Translations under genes and position numbers: made by a program
Source: an uncultured virus (IMG/VR IMGVR_UViG_3300042695_001232)
Taxonomy: Duplodnaviria; Heunggongvirae; Uroviricota; Caudoviricetes
IMG/VR virus record: IMGVR_UViG_3300042695_001232
Strand: one strand, 5' to 3'
DNA: 64,000 nucleotides
Part shown: positions 28,109-37,718 of the stretch, piece after piece
How the letters are laid out: every line of letters begins with the position of its first letter
How positions within the stretch are numbered: position 1 is the stretch's first letter
The notes under the pieces: model-generated
The model's input: only the letters and a program-made list of their open reading frames with translations
Database searches by the model: none
What the model was told of the DNA's origin: nothing

Positions 28109-29795
28109 AAATCTCTTCTAACTTCAAGAATCTGTGTTTTCCAACATCGGCAACAACTTTATTTGAATCATACCAAGATGGCAAATTTCCACCTTTACGT
28201 TGTTGTTTGGTCAACTGTACATTTAAAAAGTGATTGGATCCTTTAGTAATGTCTGTAAGAGATTTGTTTTTTGCTTGACCAACCAACATCAAAGCATTTT
28301 TAAATTGTTTATGACCACGTTTTGAATCAATAAACTTTTTGATGTCGTCTGCACTCTTCTTATTAACCTTATTCCAACCACTAAACTGTTTTGGACGCAA
28401 ACATTCCATTGCACCTTTTCGGATATCACCCTTGACACGATTCATAATAACATTCAAAACAGCATGCATTCCATGTTCAGCATTCTTTTCACCACCAGCT
28501 TCATCAACTAATGTTGCTGCAATAATATCTTCTACTGTATAAGGTGATTGTTTTTGTACAGTAGTTGTTACTGAAGCCGTAGGTGTTACTGGTGCATTGG
28601 CTTGCGTTTGTGGTGTGCCAAACATAGTGGCAGCAGCAAGTGCAGCTGTAGATAGTGTTTTACTAAATAATTCGTTCATGATTTCGTCAATTCGTAGTGT
28701 ACCACGATCATCAACAATTACAAGAACATTCTTTTCTTTAACAAACTGACGTATTGCGTCTTTTGTCTGTGAAGTTAACGGAGGAGTACCAGATCTTTGA
28801 TTTCCATTTATATAAAATCCGTTCGTTCCATCGTCTTCTCCAGAGTTATGAAGGTTGACAAAGTTATCTTGGGGTATATACACTAAACGGACATATCCAT
28901 TTCTAAACGCAGAGGTCAATGGTTCACGTGCGTTGAATCCTATTATATTAGCACGATTATCTCTGACCCACTGTGTGTGATCTCCAACCTTAATAAGTTC
29001 ACCAGTGGGTGAAACCCAATATGCTATTTCGGGAATAACAAGACGTAATGTTGGCTTACTTCTACGTTTATAAAAATCAGGTTCGTTTGGATCTGAAACT
29101 TCGTCAAGTTCACGCCCTTCGGGTCCAAAGTGATCCAAGTGATGATAAACGTCATCAAGATATTCACCCGCCAAATTCAGTTTAGACTTACACCAATCAG
29201 GAAGTTCCATCTGAGGTTTCAACATTGATTGAAGTTCTTGTGCATCATTATTGATTTGTTTGACTGCACCCATGGCCATTGCACTATCTTCTTCAAGAAT
29301 ATCTTCAATCAAATCCTTGAGAACTTCATTATACACTTCGATTTCACTTACAGAACTACTACGTGTCTGTTTTCCAGCACGACGTGCTCTACGACCTGCA
29401 CAATGTGCTTTTTGACTAAATCCTTTTGGGTTAGAACAATCAATACTTGTTTTATATTTACGAGTCCACTTTTCGTTAATTTCTTGATCAGAGGTACCCA
29501 ATGACTTTTCATCATGATAAAACTTCAAATAGTCTCTCACCGTGGCAATATAATCTGCAGCATGATTCAACTTGGCCTTAACCCAATCTTCCAAATCATC
29601 ATTTACATTGAACATCTTTTGCAAATCTTCACTGTACTTAATAGTTTTTGTCATATCACTCATAGCCATTTCAGCATTTTCCAACTTAACCACCAATTTA
29701 TCGTGATGTGGATTGTTATGATTGATTGGATGATCACCATCACCAAATCCAGTTGACATGCTTTTTTCCCATTGATCTTTTGTAAGTTCGTTCAT
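28095..29795 (-). CDS. Multidomain putative virion protein with C-terminal SleB/Hydrolase_2 cell-wall hydrolase
   Basis: TLVDEAGGE..AVLNVIMNR..KQFSGWN..PSW..GKHRF; two internal MA...L.DW.K.KLN.A..Y repeats. Confidence 0.75.
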   Translation of the reverse strand: MNELTKDQWEKSMSTGFGDGDHPINHNNPHHDKLVVKLENAEMAMSDMTKTIKYSEDLQKMFNVNDDLEDWVKAKLNHAADYIATVRDYLKFYHDEKSLGTSDQEINEKWTRKYKTSIDCSNPKGFSQKAHCAGRRARRAGKQTRSSSVSEIEVYNEVLKDLIEDILEEDSAMAMGAVKQINNDAQELQSMLKPQMELPDWCKSKLNLAGEYLDDVYHHLDHFGPEGRELDEVSDPNEPDFYKRRSKPTLRLVIPEIAYWVSPTGELIKVGDHTQWVRDNRANIIGFNAREPLTSAFRNGYVRLVYIPQDNFVNLHNSGEDDGTNGFYINGNQRSGTPPLTSQTKDAIRQFVKEKNVLVIVDDRGTLRIDEIMNELFSKTLSTAALAAATMFGTPQTQANAPVTPTASVTTTVQKQSPYTVEDIIAATLVDEAGGEKNAEHGMHAVLNVIMNRVKGDIRKGAMECLRPKQFSGWNKVNKKSADDIKKFIDSKRGHKQFKNALMLVGQAKNKSLTDITKGSNHFLNVQLTKQQRKGGNLPSWYDSNKVVADVGKHRFLKLEEIYELS

Positions 29796-30874
29796 ATCGT
29801 TGATAAATATTGTTTTACGGTATTAATTACTTGGTCTTCTGGTGTATTGTTCAAGTTGTCACCGTACTCTTTGTTCAAAACGTCTTTAACTTGTCCTATA
29901 ACCTTGCCTGGCTTCAAATTGAAGGTGTTTATGATCCATTCACCAGTATACTTTTCAGTATTAATTATATCAGTGTCTAACTTTTGTTTTTCTTTTTCCA
30001 CTTGATCATATAAAGAAGGAAACAATGACTTGAAAAAGTAATCATCATCATCCACTGTACGACGTTGACCACTTTGCAATAATTGGTCACGAATGTATTG
30101 TGCAGATTGACGTTCACTACGCATCTTTTTACGATCTCCATTATTTAATTCACCACTCAATTGACGTATATCAAATAATGGAGATGTCTTGATATATTCA
30201 ATAATATCATCTTCACTCTTAATATTAGAAAAATTGGTATCAACTTTACGAAATCCAAGAATCTTTTGAGCATCACGAAGATTTTTAGTGATAAAAATAA
30301 ATCTGTTTTGACCTTTTTTATCAACAAAGATCTTAAAGAAACCGTCACTACCATACTTGAATCCAAGTTTTCTAGATATAACTCCAACAATACCTGAAAA
30401 ATCGTTGTATGCTAGATAATCTTGTTTGTTACGAGCATCTTCTTCGTCTTTTGCAACAATAAAATCAATATGAACTTGTTTATCCAACTTGTCTGGACGA
30501 TAAAGAATCGAAAAAATATTACCATTGGTGGTAACGTACATTTGTTTTGGTTGATATACATTGCCATTTGATGTTACAATAGGATTAGGTTCAGTATTTC
30601 GAACAATATTGGTTCCTACCGCATTAATTATAATATCTTTTGTTGATTGTCCGGCTGGTGGTACAACAACAATATCAATATCGCCATGATCTTGACGACT
30701 TGACAACTTGGTTGTATTATTGAAGCTGGAAAACTTCTTGGCGAGTTTCTTTTTTAACTCACCAAATACACCATGCATTTCTTCGGTGGTTACTCTATTT
30801 GATAATGATCCAAATAAATTTTTTGTATTTCCACCAGAAAGAATTTCTCTTGCTATTTCAGATAATTTGATCAT
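29792..30874 (-). CDS. Pol-beta-superfamily nucleotidyltransferase
   Basis: HGDIDIVV, HIDFI; C-terminal TGEWI..FNLKPGKVIG resembles CCA-enzyme tail. Confidence 0.65.
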   Translation of the reverse strand: MIKLSEIAREILSGGNTKNLFGSLSNRVTTEEMHGVFGELKKKLAKKFSSFNNTTKLSSRQDHGDIDIVVVPPAGQSTKDIIINAVGTNIVRNTEPNPIVTSNGNVYQPKQMYVTTNGNIFSILYRPDKLDKQVHIDFIVAKDEEDARNKQDYLAYNDFSGIVGVISRKLGFKYGSDGFFKIFVDKKGQNRFIFITKNLRDAQKILGFRKVDTNFSNIKSEDDIIEYIKTSPLFDIRQLSGELNNGDRKKMRSERQSAQYIRDQLLQSGQRRTVDDDDYFFKSLFPSLYDQVEKEKQKLDTDIINTEKYTGEWIINTFNLKPGKVIGQVKDVLNKEYGDNLNNTPEDQVINTVKQYLSTI

Positions 30875-31497
30875 TTCTTTTTTGATTTATACCAACTACC
30901 ACCGTGTTTTTTATACCATTTAACAGCCCATCCATTTGCATACGCACTTGGATATACTTTATACTTACGTTTAGCAGCAGCTTTAGCTCTTGCCCAAAGT
31001 TTTTTGTTGGTAGGTACGTTTTTCTCAGATAACAGATGTTCTCTAAATATCTGAATATACTCATTGAGTTGTGGTTCGTCAATATCTAGTTCAACACTTA
31101 CATTTTTACTTGGACCAACCGGTTCACTGTCTTTAACTTGACCTTGTGGAGTTGTACCAATTTTTCCCACAATATTATTTCCGGGAGTACATGTTACATC
31201 TGTTCCTAATCTGGCTTTATCATTAAAACTTTGTTTAGGATCGCCAAAACCAGAGTTAGCTTGGGGTTTAAATTCCTTTGCAAGTCCAGAAGCAACCAAC
31301 TTGGTATAATATTCAGGATCTTCAGTTAAATGATCCAATGCAATTTCGGTTGCAATCTTTTCATCATTGGTATGTTCCATTTCAATTTGAACACCCATTG
31401 CAAGTTGTGCTGGATTTACAGTTGAAGGTGCGGTTGCATCACCAACTCCACCTTTAAGTTGTTCATCTTCGTTAATAAAAAAATCTTTATACTTCAT
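30871..31497 (-). CDS. Putative head-internal protein (DUF5661-like + basic domain)
   Basis: MKYKDFFINE; GVQIEMEHT..IALDHLTEDPEYYTKL; AKRKYKVYPSAYANGW..YKKHGG. Confidence 0.65.
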   Translation of the reverse strand: MKYKDFFINEDEQLKGGVGDATAPSTVNPAQLAMGVQIEMEHTNDEKIATEIALDHLTEDPEYYTKLVASGLAKEFKPQANSGFGDPKQSFNDKARLGTDVTCTPGNNIVGKIGTTPQGQVKDSEPVGPSKNVSVELDIDEPQLNEYIQIFREHLLSEKNVPTNKKLWARAKAAAKRKYKVYPSAYANGWAVKWYKKHGGSWYKSKKK

Positions 31498-31691
31498 GGT
31501 CGGTTATTACCTTTATGTTTGTGTTGTGACGCTTCTCTTTCTGCTTGCTGCATTTTACTGTAACCATTGGATGGATATGCATAATCAATTTGCCATCTAC
31601 GACCTTTCATTGCAGGATGACCAATCAATGGATCTTGAATTTTCTTTTGGGAACCGATAATATACCAATCCCCCGGTGGTTTAGAGTCCAT
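31494..31691 (-). CDS. Small hypothetical protein
   Basis: ORF overlapping both neighbours. Confidence 0.5.
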   Translation of the reverse strand: MDSKPPGDWYIIGSQKKIQDPLIGHPAMKGRRWQIDYAYPSNGYSKMQQAEREASQHKHKGNNRP

Positions 31692-33504
31692 AATTACGTC
31701 TCTTTTTCTTTTCTTCCCACTTTTCTTCCATCAACTTCTTAATAGCTTCAAAGTTTCCATATTTTTGTTCAACACGTTCACGTGTTTTGGATTGATTGGC
31801 CATATCACGGATAATATCCCCAATCTTCTCCTTTTGATTTTCGTTCATTGGTTGTTCTTTCTGTTTATCATTAGCAACAGCGTCAATACCATCGATAATA
31901 AAATTGGCTACCTTCTTGATGATAGTCATGTTCTTAATGACGGCATCTTTATCAGCTTTCCATAAAGCAAGATATGTTGCTTGGTGGGTCACTGGAAGAT
32001 CATAGTTCTTCAATACTGTATATGAAATTGATTCGGCTTGAAGTTCGGCTTGAGCCCGTGTCAAGTTCAATGTATATTCATCTCCGAAAAATACAGAACT
32101 ATCTTTAAAATGTAATAGTGAGTGAGCAATTTCATGTATTAACGTAGCAAGTTTATTAACACCTGCTATATTACTTGTCAAATTGATGTGATCTCCCATT
32201 GCCCATCCCATTTCTCCGCCTTTTGCATCTTCATGAGTAATCTTGATACCCTTGTCTTTACAAAACTCCAATGCATATTCAAATATTCTATCCGCAACTT
32301 CGCTTGGAGTATTTGGATCATGCCATTCTGGCTTTTGTGGTCTTACACCTTTTTCATCAGCGTCCGTATCACTAATGTCAAAAACTGGAACGGCTCTGAA
32401 AAACATTAAATTCTTCTTTGTAATTTCGGTATCAAGTCCTTCATCCCCAGATTTAATATCATCTTCCTTCTTGGTAATAGGAGCGTAAATATAAATAGCC
32501 TTAGCACCTTTGTTTACTGTTACGCCCATCTTTTTCCACGCATTGAATCCAGCAACGTGAGTTGCATTAGGTTTTTGAATGAAAATTAACAATGTGTTAT
32601 TGAAACTGTACTTTCTAAATCTCTTACTAAATGCTAAATATTCTGCAATCTGACCACTTGTAGATGCTCCTTGAACCGCATCTGCAAGTTGTTTAATGAA
32701 GTTTTCAATCTTAATGGCAAGTTCTTGACTTCTGCTAATATTAGCATCACCCATCACAAAATCAGGAAGATCTTCTATCTTTTGAATTAAATCTTCTAAC
32801 TTAGAATCCCCAGCTGGTGCGATCCATGTATTCTTTTTTACATCCCACTTGTATCCCGAATTGATATATCTAATAACTGATGTGGCTACACCAAACTTGT
32901 CAGCGTCAATCGTCCACGCAGTAATAGTTGGATCCCATCTAAAACCATTTCCTTTTAACGCATCTTTATTACGATATGTTTCATTTCCAGCTTCTCTTGC
33001 ATTTTCCAACGTGGATATTACTATAATTTTGTTGTTTGTACGATCAGCACGAAGATCCAACTTTTCATTGAGATCTTCTTCTTCAAGCAATAATGGTTCA
33101 GTTGACTCATTCATCATATCAGGAGTCATTCCCATCATACCAAGATCACGATAATAACGTGGGTTTTCTTTCAAATTTTGAACAACTGTTTCTTTAGCAA
33201 CCATCTTGTTCTTATAAATCTGTTTCTTGAGTTCATATTGCATTCCCTGAATGATATCATCAGGAGTGACCTTAGTTTTAACGTCTTCAACGTCTTTTTT
33301 ATACTGTTCTGGGTCAATTTTGGACTTAATGTCTTGATCTACAGGAGGTACAACATTAACGTTTGAACTGTCAGCTGGAAAAGAACCGGGGTTTTGAGTA
33401 ACATCTGGTGATGCATATGTACCAGATTGTCCAGAAATTGATGGTTGTCCACCTACCGAAATCTGACTCATGTTATATTCTTTGAAGAAGTCTTTATAGG
33501 TCAT
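31681..33504 (-). CDS. ArdC-like ssDNA-binding + zincin metallopeptidase polyvalent protein
   Basis: YSFNNTLLIFIQKPNATHVAGFNAWKKMG..V.KGAKAI; FDISDT; LIHEIAHSLLH..ELQAES. Confidence 0.8.
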   Translation of the reverse strand: MTYKDFFKEYNMSQISVGGQPSISGQSGTYASPDVTQNPGSFPADSSNVNVVPPVDQDIKSKIDPEQYKKDVEDVKTKVTPDDIIQGMQYELKKQIYKNKMVAKETVVQNLKENPRYYRDLGMMGMTPDMMNESTEPLLLEEEDLNEKLDLRADRTNNKIIVISTLENAREAGNETYRNKDALKGNGFRWDPTITAWTIDADKFGVATSVIRYINSGYKWDVKKNTWIAPAGDSKLEDLIQKIEDLPDFVMGDANISRSQELAIKIENFIKQLADAVQGASTSGQIAEYLAFSKRFRKYSFNNTLLIFIQKPNATHVAGFNAWKKMGVTVNKGAKAIYIYAPITKKEDDIKSGDEGLDTEITKKNLMFFRAVPVFDISDTDADEKGVRPQKPEWHDPNTPSEVADRIFEYALEFCKDKGIKITHEDAKGGEMGWAMGDHINLTSNIAGVNKLATLIHEIAHSLLHFKDSSVFFGDEYTLNLTRAQAELQAESISYTVLKNYDLPVTHQATYLALWKADKDAVIKNMTIIKKVANFIIDGIDAVANDKQKEQPMNENQKEKIGDIIRDMANQSKTRERVEQKYGNFEAIKKLMEEKWEEKKKRRNYGL

Positions 33505-33577
33505 AAAGTATAAATATATAGGAAAAATAGATCCTTAACTTTTATATACGATTCTTTTTTAATATATATTATGAAAT

Positions 33578-34243
33578 ATGAAAGTCATTTTATCAATTTG
33601 TGAAGTTACCAATACGTCATATTCCAAAAAAGATTGTTATGACAATTTAAACAAAGTATTTTTGAATCATGAGTTATATGTCTTAGGGGATAACCTTAGT
33701 GAAGAATTTTCTTTGTATATAAAAAGCACTAATCCAACATACTTTGAAAATAAGGTTAGAGGTAGACAAAGATGGATGTTAGATAAATTAGAGTTTTGTA
33801 TCAATCATTTCGATGAAAACGATACACTCTATTTGGTTGAAGATGATTATCTACATAACTTTGGTGCAGCAATACTAATAGATGAAGGGTTAAATCATTC
33901 GGAGTATGTTACTCTATATGATCATCCCGATAAATATGGTCAACATCCACATAAAAATCCAGAAATACAAGGTTTGGGAGAGTCAACGATATTGTTTAGA
34001 ACAGACCATAGTCATTGGAAATATACAAATTCAACAACAGCTACATTTGCTTGTAAAAAACGTATTTTGGTTGAAGATTCGGATGTGTGGAAAAAACATA
34101 TTAACAAAACGGGTTGGTGGGACTATCAGACATTTATTGAACTTAGGTCAAAGTTTAGAAAAATAGCAGTGTGTATTCCGGGTCAAAGTACTCATGTTCA
34201 TTCAACCATTATGTATTCTCCATTTTTTCATACTGATATATGA
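33578..34243 (+). CDS. Glycosyltransferase-like (GT-A)
   Basis: YLVEDDYLH, YVTLYDHPDKY, PGQSTH. Confidence 0.65.
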   Translation: MKVILSICEVTNTSYSKKDCYDNLNKVFLNHELYVLGDNLSEEFSLYIKSTNPTYFENKVRGRQRWMLDKLEFCINHFDENDTLYLVEDDYLHNFGAAILIDEGLNHSEYVTLYDHPDKYGQHPHKNPEIQGLGESTILFRTDHSHWKYTNSTTATFACKKRILVEDSDVWKKHINKTGWWDYQTFIELRSKFRKIAVCIPGQSTHVHSTIMYSPFFHTDI

Positions 34244-34980
34244 CAATAACCACAATAATTAACTATGGTACTACCGAATATCGATTTATCAAAAAGTCAA
34301 TCGATTCAGTTCGTCCATTTTCTAACCGCATCATTGTTACTTTTGCATATAATTTCTATGATGGATCCGAAGAGAATATAGAAGTGTTAAAAAAGACATT
34401 CGAAGAAAATCCCGGAGTAGAGTTTTTAAACATTGAATATGTTCCAAACAAACTCTACAACTTCCACTGGTGTTCATACTCAAGAAAATGTGCAATAGAA
34501 AAGTCGAATATTGATTCGGATTACATTTTGTTTATGGATGCGGACGAAATTATCGACTCTAACCTATTTTTACAATTTATAAACGACAAAGACTTTTCTT
34601 ATGGTTCCGATTTTAAGTTGTTAAGTTATTGGTATTTCAGAGAGCCAACATATCGTGCAAAAAGTCATGAAGATTCTACTATTTTAATGTTTAGACAGAC
34701 TCTTCAAATTGAAAATGTTATGTATCAAGATAGAACTTCATTGTTTAACAATTCAATAAACACAAAATTCAGAGCGATGACATATAAAAATGAAATTATG
34801 GTTCATCATTTTTCGTGGGTTCGTACAAAAGAAGAAATGTTAAAAAAAGTATCTACATGGGGACATAAACGTGATCGTGATTGGACAAAATTGGTAGAAC
34901 ATGAATTTAGTCATGAATTCAATGGAACTGATTTTGTCCATGGATACCAATACGAAATCGTAGATTCAATGTTTGTATGA
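34240..34980 (+). CDS. Glycosyltransferase family 2-like
   Basis: FMDADEI, HHFSWVR, WGH. Confidence 0.7.
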   Translation: MTITTIINYGTTEYRFIKKSIDSVRPFSNRIIVTFAYNFYDGSEENIEVLKKTFEENPGVEFLNIEYVPNKLYNFHWCSYSRKCAIEKSNIDSDYILFMDADEIIDSNLFLQFINDKDFSYGSDFKLLSYWYFREPTYRAKSHEDSTILMFRQTLQIENVMYQDRTSLFNNSINTKFRAMTYKNEIMVHHFSWVRTKEEMLKKVSTWGHKRDRDWTKLVEHEFSHEFNGTDFVHGYQYEIVDSMFV

Positions 34981-35666
34981 TACAATTAAAAGATATAACT
35001 TTAGTTTGTGTCACATCGATTCGCATAAAAGAGTCCGTAAAATCAATGTTATACTCATCCAAAGATATTGAATTTGCAAAGTTAAAACTGATAACGAGTG
35101 AAGATATTATTGTTGATTCCAAAATAGAAGTCGAACGGTGTAGAAAATTAACATCTTTACAAGATTATAGTCAATTCATGATATATGATCTATATAAACA
35201 TATTGATACCGAATTTTGTTTAATTGTTCAACACGATGGTAAAGTGAATAACTCAAATCTTTGGAACCCTAAGTTTTTATCATATGACTATATAGGTGCT
35301 CCGTGGGTTTCATTCAAAAACACATTTTGGCCATGGTCCAATTGTAGATATTTCGATTATAAATGGAACGAAGTTTCTACAGATAACGATGATCTTCGTG
35401 TAGGTAATGGTGGATTCAGTCTAAGAAGTAAAAGACTTCTTGAATCAAGTAAGTACATAAACACTCCATTTTTAAGTGAAACTAAACGTATAGATAACAC
35501 GTTTTATGTTCCACATGAAGATTTTTTTATATCTATTTATGCTCGAGAACTCTATGAAAATCAAGGTGTTAAATACTGTCCATTTGAATTAGCGTGTCAT
35601 TTTTCAAAAGAATCGATATTTGAAGAAAACAAAAATATCCAAACCTTCGGTAGTCACAGACAATAA
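34977..35666 (+). CDS. DUF5672-like glycosyltransferase
   Basis: QHDG, YDYIGAPW, VGNGGFSLRSK, ED..FS.E. Confidence 0.75.
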   Translation: MIQLKDITLVCVTSIRIKESVKSMLYSSKDIEFAKLKLITSEDIIVDSKIEVERCRKLTSLQDYSQFMIYDLYKHIDTEFCLIVQHDGKVNNSNLWNPKFLSYDYIGAPWVSFKNTFWPWSNCRYFDYKWNEVSTDNDDLRVGNGGFSLRSKRLLESSKYINTPFLSETKRIDNTFYVPHEDFFISIYARELYENQGVKYCPFELACHFSKESIFEENKNIQTFGSHRQ

Positions 35667-36244
35667 TTCGTAACCAAAAAAGTTTGTTTGAAAAATCCAC
35701 ATGAATCCCATTGAAATACGCATGTTCCTTTAATATTGAATGGGACAATTGACAGATTCAATGGTCTATATCCTCCGATTGAACAGTCACAATTTTTTGT
35801 TGTATAATCGTTCGTTATCAATATTCGTTTTGATTCATTTAGTCTTACTAACATTTTTGAAATCGTATCATTATTTAGATGCTGAAAAACATCTTTTATC
35901 AGTACTAAGTCATACTTTTTTATATCAATTGTATCGTTCAATATATCAATACAATCAAACTTTAAAAATTCTGTTTGATAATTGATTTGGTTTTTTTCAA
36001 TTACGAAATCTACAAGATCAATTCCCAGATAATTAACCTGACAAAAATCGAAATGTCGCATCAAATTGAAATCACCACATCCAATATCCAAAATAGAAGT
36101 GATATTATTATAATGTACAAACTGTTTTAAAAAAGTCAAGTATTCTTTTGAACACTCTAAACAAGATCCCGGACCACTTTCAGTTCCACCCGATGAATCT
36201 ATCCAGTCTCCACGACGATATATGTTTTCAAACTGTATTTTCAT
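35654..36244 (-). CDS. Class I SAM-dependent methyltransferase
   Basis: SGPGS, ILDIGCGDF, KDVFQHL. Confidence 0.85.
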   Translation of the reverse strand: MKIQFENIYRRGDWIDSSGGTESGPGSCLECSKEYLTFLKQFVHYNNITSILDIGCGDFNLMRHFDFCQVNYLGIDLVDFVIEKNQINYQTEFLKFDCIDILNDTIDIKKYDLVLIKDVFQHLNNDTISKMLVRLNESKRILITNDYTTKNCDCSIGGYRPLNLSIVPFNIKGTCVFQWDSCGFFKQTFLVTNYCL

Positions 36245-37053
36245 AATAATCCATCAATATTTCTACACATTCTAGCAAACAAACTGGTACTGGTTTTTAA
36301 TTTTTCATTCGTTAATGATGACATTCGATTAAATATTTTCGACTCACATATATGTTTGCTAAATATTCCGTTGTCTGCCAAATAATTTAAGTAAAACCCG
36401 TTTTCATAAGTTACTTCGTCATAAATAAGTTCACACCAATTGTATTTGTGAAAAGTATGTACTGGTTCAACGTGAATTAAATCTTTGTATTGTTGAGATA
36501 GACTATATGGCTTTCTGACCGAAAAAGCGTTCCAATCATAATTATCATATCCAATTTTATATTCGTTTAACCATATATCGATAAACTTCGTAGATTTCTC
36601 TGCAATAATCAGAGCATTACATATGCCTGTTACCTCCAAATGATCCCATCCTACATGATATATACTTTCTAAACCCATCACCATAGTTTGGTTATCAAAA
36701 TGTGGAAAAAAAGGTTTATAAAAAAATGTGTCTATATCAGCGTATACCCCACCATGTTCTTGTAAAAGAAGAAGTCGAAATATATCTGATCTATGTTCAG
36801 GTCTATAAACGTCCAACCCATTACAAGTATAACATAAATCCGGTAATTTTTCATACCGAATAATCTTAAAAAATTCCTTGGACTTTTCCCACCAGATGTT
36901 ATTTTGAGGTTCATGGATTATGTGCATCCATATTTGAGGTTTATCTTGACTTATATAACAACTCTTTAGACACAAATAATGAAAAAACTCAAATGGTTTG
37001 TTAGCAAAAACTGGATCCAGACCAAATATGAAATGATAAATTGGATTTTTCAC
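36241..37053 (-). CDS. Glycosyltransferase family 32 (DxD)
   Basis: HRSDIFRL..GGVYADID; likely GTG start 37053 (GTGA overlap). Confidence 0.85.
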   Translation of the reverse strand: MKNPIYHFIFGLDPVFANKPFEFFHYLCLKSCYISQDKPQIWMHIIHEPQNNIWWEKSKEFFKIIRYEKLPDLCYTCNGLDVYRPEHRSDIFRLLLLQEHGGVYADIDTFFYKPFFPHFDNQTMVMGLESIYHVGWDHLEVTGICNALIIAEKSTKFIDIWLNEYKIGYDNYDWNAFSVRKPYSLSQQYKDLIHVEPVHTFHKYNWCELIYDEVTYENGFYLNYLADNGIFSKHICESKIFNRMSSLTNEKLKTSTSLFARMCRNIDGLL

Positions 37054-37718
37054 GATGTTAGTGATTTGAAGTTTTGATCTGTAGGCCAATTTATAGATAT
37101 TTGTTCAGCCAAAGGAGGAATACAAACATAATACTTTAACTTGTGATCCCACAAAGTTCTTTTTTGTATTTGAATATCAATATGCGTCCAAGCAACACTG
37201 TTAGTTTCAATAAGTGTGTTAACCGATTGTTTTTTTATCATGTAAGCATGTGTACATAACGGTGGATGTGATGTTGTGTAAATGTTCTCAGCTTGTTTAT
37301 ACCGCCAAGGTTCATCCGGAAGACAACAATGTCCCACAAAAACATACTGCCAATCATCTGGCAATCGTGATTTGTAGTCTAGTAACTTATCTTTAAATCC
37401 TTCACATAGTACAACATCATCTTCTATAATAAGATACTCATCATCTGGCAAATAACTAATAGTTTTCCATAACATGTAATGTGATAGAATACAACCTACA
37501 TGTCCTTGCGTAATGTAATATGGGGGACCATCACCCGGTTTCCATTTAGGCTGATCATCCATATAAGGAATTACTGTATTAAGTCCAAAGTTTTTTGCAT
37601 TTATGCCTTCAAAAAATGTAACATCCAATCCGTGTTCTTTGAAATGGTTTTCAGCATATTGTCTACGGACGGGAGTTTCTTTTAACGTAATACAAAATAT
37701 TTTTGGCAAATTATTCAT
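37050..37718 (-). CDS. Glycosyltransferase family 25
   Basis: CITL..RR, GHVGCILSH..W, IIEDDV, THAYMI. Confidence 0.85.
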   Translation of the reverse strand: MNNLPKIFCITLKETPVRRQYAENHFKEHGLDVTFFEGINAKNFGLNTVIPYMDDQPKWKPGDGPPYYITQGHVGCILSHYMLWKTISYLPDDEYLIIEDDVVLCEGFKDKLLDYKSRLPDDWQYVFVGHCCLPDEPWRYKQAENIYTTSHPPLCTHAYMIKKQSVNTLIETNSVAWTHIDIQIQKRTLWDHKLKYYVCIPPLAEQISINWPTDQNFKSLTS

